Shown here: positions 1 through 7,794 of the stretch, piece by piece | Numbering within the stretch: position 1 is the stretch's first letter | Layout: every line of letters starts with the position of its first letter | DNA from: an uncultured Gammaproteobacteria bacterium | GTDB taxonomy: Bacteria > Patescibacteriota > Microgenomatia > UBA1406 > GWC2-37-13 | DNA: 32,000 nucleotides | Reading direction: 5' to 3' | Assembly: GCA_964629635.1 (NCBI GenBank) | Contig: CAZVQS010000002.1 | Location: forward strand, 43,644-75,643 | Position numbers and translations under genes: made by a program | Notes under the pieces: generated by a model | Told to the model about the DNA's origin: nothing | Databases searched by the model: none | Seen by the model: the letters and a program-made list of their open reading frames with translations, nothing else

Positions 1-2
1 TG

Positions 3-797
3 CTGACATCCATCCCTGAATTTGCCGTCGGTCTCACCTCCCTTTCGGAGCATAATCCCAATATTTTCGTCGGCAACCTCATCGGCGGCGTCGCAACCAT
101 ATTCATGCTCATCATTCCGCTTCTGGCGATTTTCGGCAACGGCATCAAATTGAACCACCAATTGACCAGTGAGAACATGATTCTTGCGTTTGTCACCATG
201 CTGACGCCCGCATTCATGGTCATGGACAAGCGGGTGACGAACCTTGAGGGAGTGATCATGATCATCATGTACGCAGGCCTGTTTTATTTCATCGAAAGCA
301 GGAAAGGGGTGATGGACGGAAACGAGACCAATGTCCTGCGCGCACGCTACTATTCGATCGAATCGCTGCTCAAGGTCCTCCTGGGTATCGCAATCGTTTT
401 CGTATCAAGCAACGCCATTGTCAACAAAACCCTTTTCTTCGCGAAGGAATTCAACATATCCCCGTTTTACCTGAGCCTTATCGTGCTTGCCGTCGGGACC
501 AACCTCCCGGAGCTTTCCATCGCGGTTCGTTCCGTCATATCGGGACGCAAGGACGTCGCATTCGGCGATTACATGGGTTCGGCTGCAGCCAACACATTCC
601 TTTTCGGTTTGTTTACGCTCCTCAATTCGGGAGAGGTGGTGACCGGTTCGAACTTTGTCCTTACCTTCGCGCTCATCGCTTTCGGACTGGTGCTTTTCTT
701 TTATTTTTCCAGGTCGAAAAACGACATTTCGCGCGAAGAAGGATTTATTCTTCTGTGCCTCTACATAATTTTCGTGATAGTGGAGCTGGTCAGATAA
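3..797 (+). CDS. Ca2+/cation antiporter (CaCA, YrbG-like) membrane protein; 5' end lies outside the window
   Basis: The frame is open from the window edge (LTSIPEFAVGLTS... precedes the listed Met at 105). Two alpha-repeat-like motifs are present (SIPEF near the edge, GTNLPELSIAVRS later). The profile is multi-pass hydrophobic. Confidence 0.75.
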   Translation: MTSIPEFAVGLTSLSEHNPNIFVGNLIGGVATIFMLIIPLLAIFGNGIKLNHQLTSENMILAFVTMLTPAFMVMDKRVTNLEGVIMIIMYAGLFYFIESRKGVMDGNETNVLRARYYSIESLLKVLLGIAIVFVSSNAIVNKTLFFAKEFNISPFYLSLIVLAVGTNLPELSIAVRSVISGRKDVAFGDYMGSAAANTFLFGLFTLLNSGEVVTGSNFVLTFALIAFGLVLFFYFSRSKNDISREEGFILLCLYIIFVIVELVR

Positions 798-1599
798 CAA
801 GCGTTGCCAGAAGCGGCAAATGGTCCGACACGTCATTTTCGATTACTTCAAAAGTCACGGTCTTTATGGTTTCACTGGTGAATATGTAGTCGACGACGTT
901 TCGCGGGTGTTTGCTCAACTCGTTGGATTTGGGGCGGGTTGTGGATATGTTGTATTTGTCGACAAGGCTCGTGAATGTGTCGTTGAAGGGCTCCATTGAA
1001 ACGGATGAGGGAAACAGATTGAAGTCGCCGGCTATTATAGACGGGTAATCGACCTGCTTCGCGATATCCCTGATTTTTTTACACGCTTCGGTTGTCGCCG
1101 GGTTACCGATCTTGTTGCGTGACCAGATCCCGTGGTAATTGATGACCCGCAGTTTCCGGTCCGCCGGGAGCAGGATGTCGGTCACCTGTACGCTTCTGCT
1201 TTCCTCCCTGCTCCAGTTGGTCCAGTCGGTTGCCATCGTGTAATGATTCTGAAGGAAAACCGCTTGTCCTTTGAGAATGGGATACCGGCTTTTGCAGTAA
1301 TTCCCCAGTTCGAGAAATCCGTTAAAATCCGCCCTGAAATCCTTATGCCCGTGGAAATCCTTCATGCTAAAGTCCTTCATGATCCAGTTAGGCGCATAGA
1401 AGGAGTAGGGGAGGAATCCGGTCGCGCCGTTTATCGCGTCATACGAAACGTATTCGCCGTTTGTTGATTCTTCCGCTTTTCTCGTTACTTCCTGGAGGCA
1501 GATTATGTCCGGCTTAATCTGAGCAAGAAACTTTTCCAGTTTGCGGTTGTTCGTTTCGAAAAGCGCGACGTTAAGCGACAGCAGCCTGACGGGTTCCAT
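790..1599 (-). CDS. endonuclease/exonuclease/phosphatase (EEP) family protein
   Basis: 269-aa ORF with an ATG start. EEP landmarks: LLSLNV...DIICLQEV near the N-terminus, GDFN in the middle, SDHLPL at the C-terminus. Confidence 0.8.
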   Translation of the reverse strand: MEPVRLLSLNVALFETNNRKLEKFLAQIKPDIICLQEVTRKAEESTNGEYVSYDAINGATGFLPYSFYAPNWIMKDFSMKDFHGHKDFRADFNGFLELGNYCKSRYPILKGQAVFLQNHYTMATDWTNWSREESRSVQVTDILLPADRKLRVINYHGIWSRNKIGNPATTEACKKIRDIAKQVDYPSIIAGDFNLFPSSVSMEPFNDTFTSLVDKYNISTTRPKSNELSKHPRNVVDYIFTSETIKTVTFEVIENDVSDHLPLLATLVI

Positions 1600-1724
1600 A
1601 GAAAGATTATATCAAGCGGATGCGCTGTATAGTCAACCATATGCTCATTTTCCGCGACGCGCCCCCGGCGTCCGTTACTATGATCGCGTATAAAAAATAT
1701 ACACATCAAATATGTAAATTGTCA

Positions 1725-1754
1725 TTGACAAACAAAAGCGGGGGTGCTTATACT
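1725..1754 (+). promoter_or_regulatory. sigma70-type promoter for the TasA-like/SipW cluster
   Basis: TTGACA (1725-1730), 18-nt spacer, TATACT (1749-1754). Lies 34 nt upstream of the ATG at 1788. Confidence 0.5.
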
Positions 1755-1787
1755 GAATGTTCCCTGTTATAAGTATTAATTCAATGC

Positions 1788-2402
1788 ATGAAAAACAACA
1801 AGCGGGTCGGATTGAGCGTCGTTATCATTATGGCGGTTGCCGCAGCGGCCGTCGGAGGCACGTACGCGTATTTTACGGCACAGCGCAGTGCCGCCCAGAA
1901 CAAGTTCACCGCCGGCACCTTGGATATGAGCGTCACCGGTGACAACAACACCGCAAACGAACCGTTTGTCGTAGATAACATAGGGCAAAACGGCGATATT
2001 GCCGGAGCAAAGACCTGGACCGTGAAAAATACCGGAACGATGCCCGGAAGACTGCTCCTGAAACTTGCAGGTATCGCCAATGAAGAGAACGGATGCAACG
2101 ATCAGGAGAAAGCGGTTGAATCGGACTGCGATGCGCCGGGGAACGAAGGGGATATGGGAAAAGTGATACAGGTCCATGTGGCGCTTGACGGAGGGGAAAT
2201 CGCATCCTCCTACCTCACGGGCGCAGAGGAAAACAAAATAGGGGACACGTGGAATGCAGCGCCGTCTGTCATCATCAATCCCGGGGAACAGAAGACGGTA
2301 AGCCTTTCGTGGAATACGCCGGCAAGCGCTTACGGAAACGAAATCCAGAGCGATTCCGTGAAATTCGATACGCTTTTCCGGCTGGTCCAGCTGACGAAAT
2401 AA
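1788..2402 (+). CDS. secreted TasA/camelysin-like protein with a SipW-cognate-type signal peptide
   Basis: N-terminus is MKNNKRVGLSVVIIMAVAAAAVGGTYAYFTAQRSAAQNKFTAGTLDMSV: basic n-region, h-region, then the A-x-F...N-x-F-x-AGTL motif typical of TasA/CalY-type substrates. The next gene is a SipW-type peptidase. Confidence 0.7.
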   Translation: MKNNKRVGLSVVIIMAVAAAAVGGTYAYFTAQRSAAQNKFTAGTLDMSVTGDNNTANEPFVVDNIGQNGDIAGAKTWTVKNTGTMPGRLLLKLAGIANEENGCNDQEKAVESDCDAPGNEGDMGKVIQVHVALDGGEIASSYLTGAEENKIGDTWNAAPSVIINPGEQKTVSLSWNTPASAYGNEIQSDSVKFDTLFRLVQLTK

Positions 2403-2420
2403 TACAGTCTGTTTTATTGT

Positions 2421-2443
2421 GGGGCGGTCTTTACGGCCGCCCC
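2421..2443 (+). terminator. GC-rich hairpin between the TasA-like gene and sipW-like gene (possible partial terminator or attenuator)
   Basis: GGGGCGG (2421-2427) pairs with CCGCCCC (2437-2443) across a 9-nt loop. The downstream sequence is only weakly T-rich (TTATGCATCTTATG). Confidence 0.4.
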
Positions 2444-2445
2444 TT

Positions 2446-2937
2446 ATGCATCTTATGATAAAAGCAACCGCTATGTTTCTTTTCCTGTCTGCCGCTTGCG
2501 CAATCCTGGCTGTTTTGTTTTTGCCGGGCCTGCTCAACGGCATGCCGGGATTCAGGTCGTTTCTCGTGCAGTCAGGTTCCATGGAGCCATCCATCATGAC
2601 CGGCGACATCATCATCGTCAAACCGGATTCCCGTTACGAGAAAAATGACGTTATTACCTTTATCAACCGGGAAGGGCGTACCGTAACGCACCGCATAGCC
2701 GGCACAAACGGCAAAGGTACGGCCGTTTCGTACGTGACGAAGGGCGACGCAAACCGCGCCGAGGATGAGGATACCGTATCGTTTCAACAGGTCGCCGGCA
2801 AAGTGGTGCTTGTTGTTCCGAAGCTCGGATTCCTTGTCGGTTTCGCGAAAACCGGATATGGCATGCTTGCGTTTATCGGCTTACCTGCACTTATACTGGC
2901 AGGAGGGGAATTTGTTAACATCATCCGGAAAAGCTGA
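2446..2937 (+). CDS. signal peptidase I, SipW/archaeal-ER type (copy 1)
   Basis: Shows GSMEPSIMTGDIIIV (Ser nucleophile box), VTHRI (His box), TKGDANRAEDED, and a C-terminal TM segment. The listed ORF starts at a GTG (2419); the ATG at 2446 is preferred. Confidence 0.8.
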   Translation: MHLMIKATAMFLFLSAACAILAVLFLPGLLNGMPGFRSFLVQSGSMEPSIMTGDIIIVKPDSRYEKNDVITFINREGRTVTHRIAGTNGKGTAVSYVTKGDANRAEDEDTVSFQQVAGKVVLVVPKLGFLVGFAKTGYGMLAFIGLPALILAGGEFVNIIRKS

Positions 2938-2945
2938 GCGTTCTT

Positions 2946-3518
2946 ATGAAAGGGATTAAACTGCTGATGGTTTCAGTCATGATCGCGGGTAACGTTCTTT
3001 TGAGAACCGAAGCCACAAGCGCGGACCTGTTTGCGGAACGGAAGGTGGCGCAAAATACTCTGCAGGCAATCACCCTTTCGTTTTCGGAGAGCAATACCGC
3101 AAACGGTTCGCGTTCCCCGCACCTGTTTAATGTTGCAGGCCTGAAGCCGGGAGGCTTTGACGTGCGGGCAATACGTTTGCGCAACGAAAGTTCGCTTGAC
3201 GTTCCCTATGCGCTCGGGTTTTCCCCGGTCGACGGGACGGACGCCGTATGCGCCGCACTGGATATCGAAGCACAGCTTAACGGGGAAAAAATATACGAAG
3301 GCGCGCTTTCCTCCCTCTCGGCGGATTCAAAACTGGGCAGGGGAGCATATGACGACTGGGTTTTTTTCGTACGTCTTGACAAGCGGGATGCGCCGCTCAA
3401 GAACGGAAGGTGCGGATTTAATTTCGTGTTCAAGTCCCGCCGCGGATCGCAGGATGCTGAATCGGGCTTCTCCGCCCGGCAGGATGTTTATAATTCGGTA
3501 GCGCTCGGTGTATGGTAA
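2946..3518 (+). CDS. second secreted protein with a SipW-cognate-like N-terminus (TasA/TapA-like accessory candidate)
   Basis: N-terminus is MKGIKLLMVSVMIAGNVLLRTEATSADLFAERKVAQNTLQAITLSF. It shares F-x-A-[QE]-R...AQN-x-[FL]-x-A-x-TL with the protein at 1788-2402. Confidence 0.6.
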   Translation: MKGIKLLMVSVMIAGNVLLRTEATSADLFAERKVAQNTLQAITLSFSESNTANGSRSPHLFNVAGLKPGGFDVRAIRLRNESSLDVPYALGFSPVDGTDAVCAALDIEAQLNGEKIYEGALSSLSADSKLGRGAYDDWVFFVRLDKRDAPLKNGRCGFNFVFKSRRGSQDAESGFSARQDVYNSVALGVW

Positions 3519-4030
3519 AAAGTACACTTGTCCGGTTGCGTGCGTTTGCGCGTGCGAGAGCATATTATCTTCTGATTTTCACGTATATTTTCCATACGGT
3601 ATTGTTTACCGCATGTTCCGTCGGGATACCGGGACGCGTTCATGTATACACGAATACCTCAGGCTCAATGGAACCTTCGGCACCCGCCGGCAGCGCAAGC
3701 CTGGTCCTGATTCAAGATCCGTTTTCGTATGAGGCAGGAGACATCATCGCGTTCCGTACGGATCATGAAACGGTAATCCACCGGCTGCAGGGCGTGCGGG
3801 GCAACAGATACATAACCAAGGGCGACCGCAACGACGCAATCGACCCCGGGCTGCTTGACCCGCGCCGCGTTATCGGTAAAGCGGTTCTGACTATTCCGTT
3901 TGCGGGGGTCTGGATCAATTTCATGAAAGAGCCGTTCGGGAGCGCGCTTTTTCTTGTCCTGCCTGCCGTGTTTTTTATCGTCACCGAGATTACCTGCATT
4001 CTTTTGCCTTACCGGAACCGGTTATCCTGA
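3512..4030 (+). CDS. signal peptidase I, SipW/archaeal-ER type (copy 2)
   Basis: Shows [16 protein letters not shown] and [12 protein letters not shown]. Its ATG at 3512 overlaps the stop of the upstream gene (ATGGTAA). TM segments at both ends. Confidence 0.8.
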   Translation: MVKSTLVRLRAFARARAYYLLIFTYIFHTVLFTACSVGIPGRVHVYTNTSGSMEPSAPAGSASLVLIQDPFSYEAGDIIAFRTDHETVIHRLQGVRGNRYITKGDRNDAIDPGLLDPRRVIGKAVLTIPFAGVWINFMKEPFGSALFLVLPAVFFIVTEITCILLPYRNRLS

Positions 4031-4225
4031 AGGAAGGGAGGGGCGGTTTAATCCCCGTTTTCTCAATTTCGGAAAGATAATTACAGCGGCGATAAACAGG
4101 ATCCATAAGGTTGTATCATCGAGCTGCCCGAGGACAGGAATGAAGTCGGGAATCAGATCTATGGGCGAAACCGTATACCCGAGCATAAGCCCAAACAGGA
4201 TTTTTGCAATGCGGGATAATTTCAT
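4022..4225 (-). CDS. DUF1232 (YkvA-like) small membrane protein
   Basis: The [18 protein letters not shown] motif is present. The listed ORF begins at a TTG (4231); the ATG at 4225 is preferred. Confidence 0.65.
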   Translation of the reverse strand: MKLSRIAKILFGLMLGYTVSPIDLIPDFIPVLGQLDDTTLWILFIAAVIIFPKLRKRGLNRPSLPSG

Positions 4226-4294
4226 GTGCAACTCATGCTAGCTCATTGCAGTATGAATACCGTTTGAGGGCTGTCGGAGAAAAGTGAACGGCCT

Positions 4295-4693
4295 TTATTC
4301 GGTGGTGACTCCGTCAAAGTCCGCCTCATTCTTCATCGCCTCGTCCCGCGTTTTGCGGACGATGCCGTCCTTGTGGTGGGGAGGCGCGTATATCGTATAA
4401 AGCTTGAGGGGTTCGGTTTGGGACGCGTTCACGATGTTGTGTTCGGCGCCCGAAGGCACGATGATGACGTCCCCGTCCTTGACCTCGTATTCGTTGCCGT
4501 CGATGAGGACCTTGCCCGTTCCGGATTCAAACCTGAAGAATTGGTCGTTTTCCGTGTGCACTTCCATCCCGATTTCCTCTCCCGGCGCAAGCGACATGAG
4601 CACAAGCTGCATGTGTTTCCCGCTGTAAAGCACGCGGCGGAAATCAGTGTTTTCGACGGTCAGTTTTTCGATGTTGCTGTTATATCCTTTCAT
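4295..4693 (-). CDS. cupin domain protein
   Basis: Cupin_2-like core: GEEIGMEVHTENDQFFRFESGTGKVLIDGNEYEVKDGDVIIVPSGAEHNIVN. Confidence 0.75.
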   Translation of the reverse strand: MKGYNSNIEKLTVENTDFRRVLYSGKHMQLVLMSLAPGEEIGMEVHTENDQFFRFESGTGKVLIDGNEYEVKDGDVIIVPSGAEHNIVNASQTEPLKLYTIYAPPHHKDGIVRKTRDEAMKNEADFDGVTTE

Positions 4694-4764
4694 ATGATAA
4701 ATAGTACTGGTAATAGTTCAATTATAACAATTACACCCGAAGTTATCCGCCGGAAGCGTAAGAC

Positions 4765-5994
4765 TCAGAACAGTATGAGGTCGGGTTTCAGGATCATGAC
4801 GAGGCCGAGAATGACCATGACAATGCCTCCGATTAGGTTTGAGAGCTTGCTGTATTTGGTGGTGAGGGCAAGCTTGTCCATGCCATAGAGGGCAATGCCG
4901 AACACGATAAAGTCATCAATCATGTAAAACGCGATATAGGTAAGGATGTACGAAGCGTTTTCAAGGAACCCGAGCCGGTTGAGTTCGAGGATTTTGGTGA
5001 ATGCTTGGGGGATTCCTATGGAACATGCGAATTCGATAACATTGACGGAAAACGCAATACCCAGGATGGTGAGGAACGTGATAAACGTGAATTCCTTTGT
5101 CGCCAGAAACGATATCTTGTCCCGGATTTCCTTGCGCTGTTTGTAATCGGTGATTTTGCATTCGATTTCTTTTTTACGCCATTCCTTCAGAAACAGCACG
5201 CCTCCGATAATCGATACGATACCGACGACCGGGGTTACGAACGTATCGAGCCGTACGAAATCCCATGTCTTGTACCATGCGGTCAGTATGAGCGTATACA
5301 TGATTGCCTCCGCCAGTATGAACGTTCCGGCAAAAAGCACCATCTTCCTCCGGTTCCCGACCTGCAGGAGTATCATGAGGAAGGTGATGAGCACCCACAT
5401 GGCGCAGGGATTGAATCCGTCGAAAAATCCGAACAGGGCGGACAGGATGAACAGCGGATACTTTTGTGTATCGATTTTTCCGAGGATGGGGAGAGTTACC
5501 GAATAGTTCGGTTTGGTGCTGCAGGGGACCAGACCGTCCCCGTCGCAGGTTGAACTGGCTCCCGCCCCGTCGTCTTTGCCTATTTTCTCCAGATCGGTGG
5601 GAGTCCCCTTCTTCCCGGTCTGTTCTATCAGGGTCAGAAGCTCCTTCCCGGTTGTCTCCGGTTTGTCAAATCCTATTACATATTTGTTGCCGATAACGGT
5701 GATAGGCGTTACTTTGCTCGATCCGACCCGCTCCGTGAATTTAACCCACACGTTCCGGTCTTCAGGGTTTTCCAGCCGGTAATAGGTAACCGAAAAGTCT
5801 TTTCGGATTGCGAGCTGTTCTTTCAGGAAGGCTTCCTCCGCTTCGCAGTGCGTGCAGCCCGAACGGACGAATACGACAACGCTTGTCTTTTCGCCGGTAT
5901 TTCCGGGAATGGGCGATTGCGCAAAAACCTTTCCCGGCACAAGGGTGAGTACGAAAACAGCCGCTGTTATTCCTGCCGCAATGATTTTCCTCAT
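4765..5994 (-). CDS. thioredoxin/glutaredoxin-fold domain fused to a DsbD/CcdA-like membrane thiol-disulfide transfer domain
   Basis: Signal peptide MRKIIAAGITAAVFVLTLVPGKVFA, then a CTHC redox motif. The multi-pass domain has FDGFNPCAMWVL and EFACSIGIPQ. The start at 5994 is preferred because a promoter (6010-6039) lies inside the longer listed ORF. Confidence 0.6.
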   Translation of the reverse strand: MRKIIAAGITAAVFVLTLVPGKVFAQSPIPGNTGEKTSVVVFVRSGCTHCEAEEAFLKEQLAIRKDFSVTYYRLENPEDRNVWVKFTERVGSSKVTPITVIGNKYVIGFDKPETTGKELLTLIEQTGKKGTPTDLEKIGKDDGAGASSTCDGDGLVPCSTKPNYSVTLPILGKIDTQKYPLFILSALFGFFDGFNPCAMWVLITFLMILLQVGNRRKMVLFAGTFILAEAIMYTLILTAWYKTWDFVRLDTFVTPVVGIVSIIGGVLFLKEWRKKEIECKITDYKQRKEIRDKISFLATKEFTFITFLTILGIAFSVNVIEFACSIGIPQAFTKILELNRLGFLENASYILTYIAFYMIDDFIVFGIALYGMDKLALTTKYSKLSNLIGGIVMVILGLVMILKPDLILF

Positions 5995-6009
5995 GTTAAG
6001 GTATCTGTA

Positions 6010-6039
6010 ATTATAAAATGCCGCATATGAACTATTCAA
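6010..6039 (-). promoter_or_regulatory. sigma70-type promoter for the thioredoxin/DsbD-like gene
   Basis: On the minus strand: TTGAAT (6039-6034), 18-nt spacer, TATAAT (6015-6010). This leaves 15 nt between the -10 box and the ATG at 5994. Confidence 0.5.
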
Positions 6040-6142
6040 CTGTTTGAAAGGGTCCGATGCAGCCGGGTGCAAAATATAAACCTAATTGATAATTAAACTG
6101 TCCTAAAGGCTACCGAAGAAAATCACCACGGTTACTGTCGTA

Positions 6143-6892
6143 TTATTCTCCTCCCAGCAGTTTGATTGTATACATAATTAGAATTCCCGTGAAAAATATG
6201 CCGAAAGAGGTCAATGATTTTCTCATGTCAGTTTCTTTTCTGATTTCCGGCATAAGATCCGACGCTGCTATATATATAAAACCTCCTGCCGCAAAGGGAA
6301 GAAGATAAGCGGTAATATTTTCAATCCGGAAAGAAAGGAAATATCCAGTCACTCCACCCATAACAGCAGTCAATGCTACCAGGAAATTGGAAATAAGAGC
6401 TTTTTTGCGGCTAAATCCCGAGTAAAGAAGTACGCCAAAATCACCAATTTCCTGAGGTATTTCGTGGAGCGCAATTGCGAAACTGGTAGCTATGCCAAGC
6501 TTAATGTCCATTAAAAAGGTTGAGGCAATGACAAGTCCATCAATAAAATTATGTACGGCGTCCCCAAAAAGATTCATATATCCAAAGGTGTGAACATCAC
6601 AGTGTTTATTATGACAATGACGCCAATGAAGCAGCTTTTCTATCAGAAAGAAGAATACAAAGGACAATAACACTATTAAATACATGTTCCCGGTATCCAG
6701 TTTTTCAGAGGCTTCAGGTAAAAGGTGAATAAAAGCTCCACCCATCAAGGCGCCTGCCGAAAGAGAAATCAGGAATAAAAGAAACCTGGAAAGTGTTTTT
6801 TCTTTCAACGAAAGGGTGAATACGCCTATTAAAGAACCGAGGCTTATTAAAAAATTGGCGGCAACAATATAAAGAAGTTTTTCCATATGCAT
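6143..6892 (-). CDS. ZIP family divalent metal (zinc/iron) transporter, ZupT-like
   Basis: HEIPQEIGDFGVLL motif, His-rich loop HWRHCHNKHCDVH, multi-pass membrane profile. The ATG at 6892 overlaps the upstream stop by one base. Confidence 0.8.
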   Translation of the reverse strand: MHMEKLLYIVAANFLISLGSLIGVFTLSLKEKTLSRFLLFLISLSAGALMGGAFIHLLPEASEKLDTGNMYLIVLLSFVFFFLIEKLLHWRHCHNKHCDVHTFGYMNLFGDAVHNFIDGLVIASTFLMDIKLGIATSFAIALHEIPQEIGDFGVLLYSGFSRKKALISNFLVALTAVMGGVTGYFLSFRIENITAYLLPFAAGGFIYIAASDLMPEIRKETDMRKSLTSFGIFFTGILIMYTIKLLGGE

Positions 6893-7197
6893 CAATGATT
6901 ATGCTTGCCATAGCAAAGCTCGCCCTGTTCAATCCTGATTGCTTTTCCTGAGACAATCGCATGCGCGATTTTTTTCAATGCCCTATTGAGGATTCTGGTA
7001 AAAGTGGATTGGGAAATATTCATTTGTTTGGATGACTCGATCTGATCCAGCTCATCAACTTCGTAAAGTTTCAACGCTTCTAACTCATCCGGTAACAGCA
7101 ATACTTCATCAAGATCCCGCATCGGAATACCTTGAGGTTTAAAATACAATGTGCTGGCTTTAAACCTTAAACAACGGTGTATTACTGGTCTGGGCAT
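6892..7197 (-). CDS. DUF134 (UPF0251) predicted DNA-binding protein
   Basis: MPRP...FKPQGIP N-terminus, followed by the LEALKLYEVDELDQIESSKQMNISQSTFTRILNRALKKIA helix-turn-helix region. Confidence 0.7.
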   Translation of the reverse strand: MPRPVIHRCLRFKASTLYFKPQGIPMRDLDEVLLLPDELEALKLYEVDELDQIESSKQMNISQSTFTRILNRALKKIAHAIVSGKAIRIEQGELCYGKHNH

Positions 7198-7276
7198 ACA
7201 TCGGGAAAATAATTAACAGGAATCCCTACTTAGTTTTTGCACATAAAGATCTTCTAAGCAGGATTTTCTGTCCTTA

Positions 7277-7498
7277 TTATTTCATCTCTGCAATTTCTTT
7301 TTCCACATCTTCAAGTTCTTTCTTTAAATTGCTCACGTAGGCTTCAAGATCATTCTTCGTTGGATTTTTGTCTATCCGATCACAGCATCGCACCATTCTG
7401 CGGCCGAATCCTTGCCCCCTTCCTTTTCCGCATGTTCCCATTCCGCGACCTGTCATCGGTCCTTTTCCCTGCGGTCCGGTTCCGTCTAGATTTGGCAT
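7277..7498 (-). CDS. DUF5320 family small protein
   Basis: N-terminus is MPNLDGTGPQGKGPMTGRGMGTCGKGRGQGFGRR, with a coiled C-terminal tail. A strong SD (GGAGGTG, plus-strand 7507-7513) sits 8 nt from the ATG. Confidence 0.7.
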   Translation of the reverse strand: MPNLDGTGPQGKGPMTGRGMGTCGKGRGQGFGRRMVRCCDRIDKNPTKNDLEAYVSNLKKELEDVEKEIAEMK

Positions 7499-7521
7499 AT
7501 GTATTTCACCTCCTCTCAGTA

Positions 7522-7567
7522 ATTATGAATATGTATTCATAATATAGCGGGGAATGGTAATTGTCAA
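7522..7567 (-). promoter_or_regulatory. promoter plus palindromic operator of the DUF5320-DUF134-ZIP operon
   Basis: On the minus strand: TTGACA (7567-7562), 17-nt spacer, TATTAT (7544-7539). A perfect 10-bp inverted repeat, ATTATGAATA-TG-TATTCATAAT (7522-7543), covers the -10 box and the start region. Confidence 0.55.
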
Positions 7568-7619
7568 GGAGATTCTGTAATTTAGCCCCGGACGTATACC
7601 GCCAGACTAGTCAATCACC

Positions 7620-7718
7620 ATGAAGGTCTTACTGCTCTTTTATGCCGTAATGCGCCTGATCTTGTACGTAAATCAGAGTTGTGAGGGGCCTCTAATTAAA
7701 TTAACGCAACTGAATTAA
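7620..7718 (+). CDS. candidate small ORF (32 aa, hydrophobic N-terminus); weak support
   Basis: Translates to MKVLLLFYAVMRLILYVNQSCEGPLIKLTQLN. No obvious SD. Lies in a relatively GC-rich patch of the island intergenic region. Confidence 0.15.
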   Translation: MKVLLLFYAVMRLILYVNQSCEGPLIKLTQLN

Positions 7719-7728
7719 GGAGTTCTCG

Positions 7729-7794
7729 ATGAAGCAGGCTCACAATTTGTCCAGAGCAATTGAGGGCGTTAGAACCTTTTATGCTCAGATTTAG
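7729..7794 (+). CDS. candidate small ORF (21 aa) with a strong Shine-Dalgarno site
   Basis: AAGGAG (7717-7722), 6-nt spacer, ATG at 7729. Translates to MKQAHNLSRAIEGVRTFYAQI. No recognisable family. Confidence 0.25.
   Translation: MKQAHNLSRAIEGVRTFYAQI

Noticed and set aside
1776-2621. 281-aa minus-strand ORF overlapping the TasA-like and SipW-like genes
   Set aside because: It is antisense to two genes with clear family motifs. It has an Arg/Cys/Pro-rich composition and no supporting promoter.
5995-6072. N-terminal extensions of listed ORFs (also 21128-21211, 17560-17793, 14591-14785, 15418-15519, 10473-10523, 13147-13200, 21370-21432, 2419-2445, 4226-4231, 13884-13913)
   Set aside because: The extensions overlap upstream genes, promoters or a terminator, or begin at GTG/TTG codons. 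The internal ATG starts give canonical N-termini (signal peptide, MC- of HypC, the region leading into Walker A, and so on) or ATGA-type coupling.
7198-7276. Imperfect hairpin (AATCCTGCTTAG ... CTAAGTAGGGATT on the minus strand) between the DUF5320 and DUF134 genes as a terminator
   Set aside because: The stem is interrupted by mismatches and an asymmetric internal loop. The loop is 20 nt and there is no U-tract. At most it is a weak processing or stability element.
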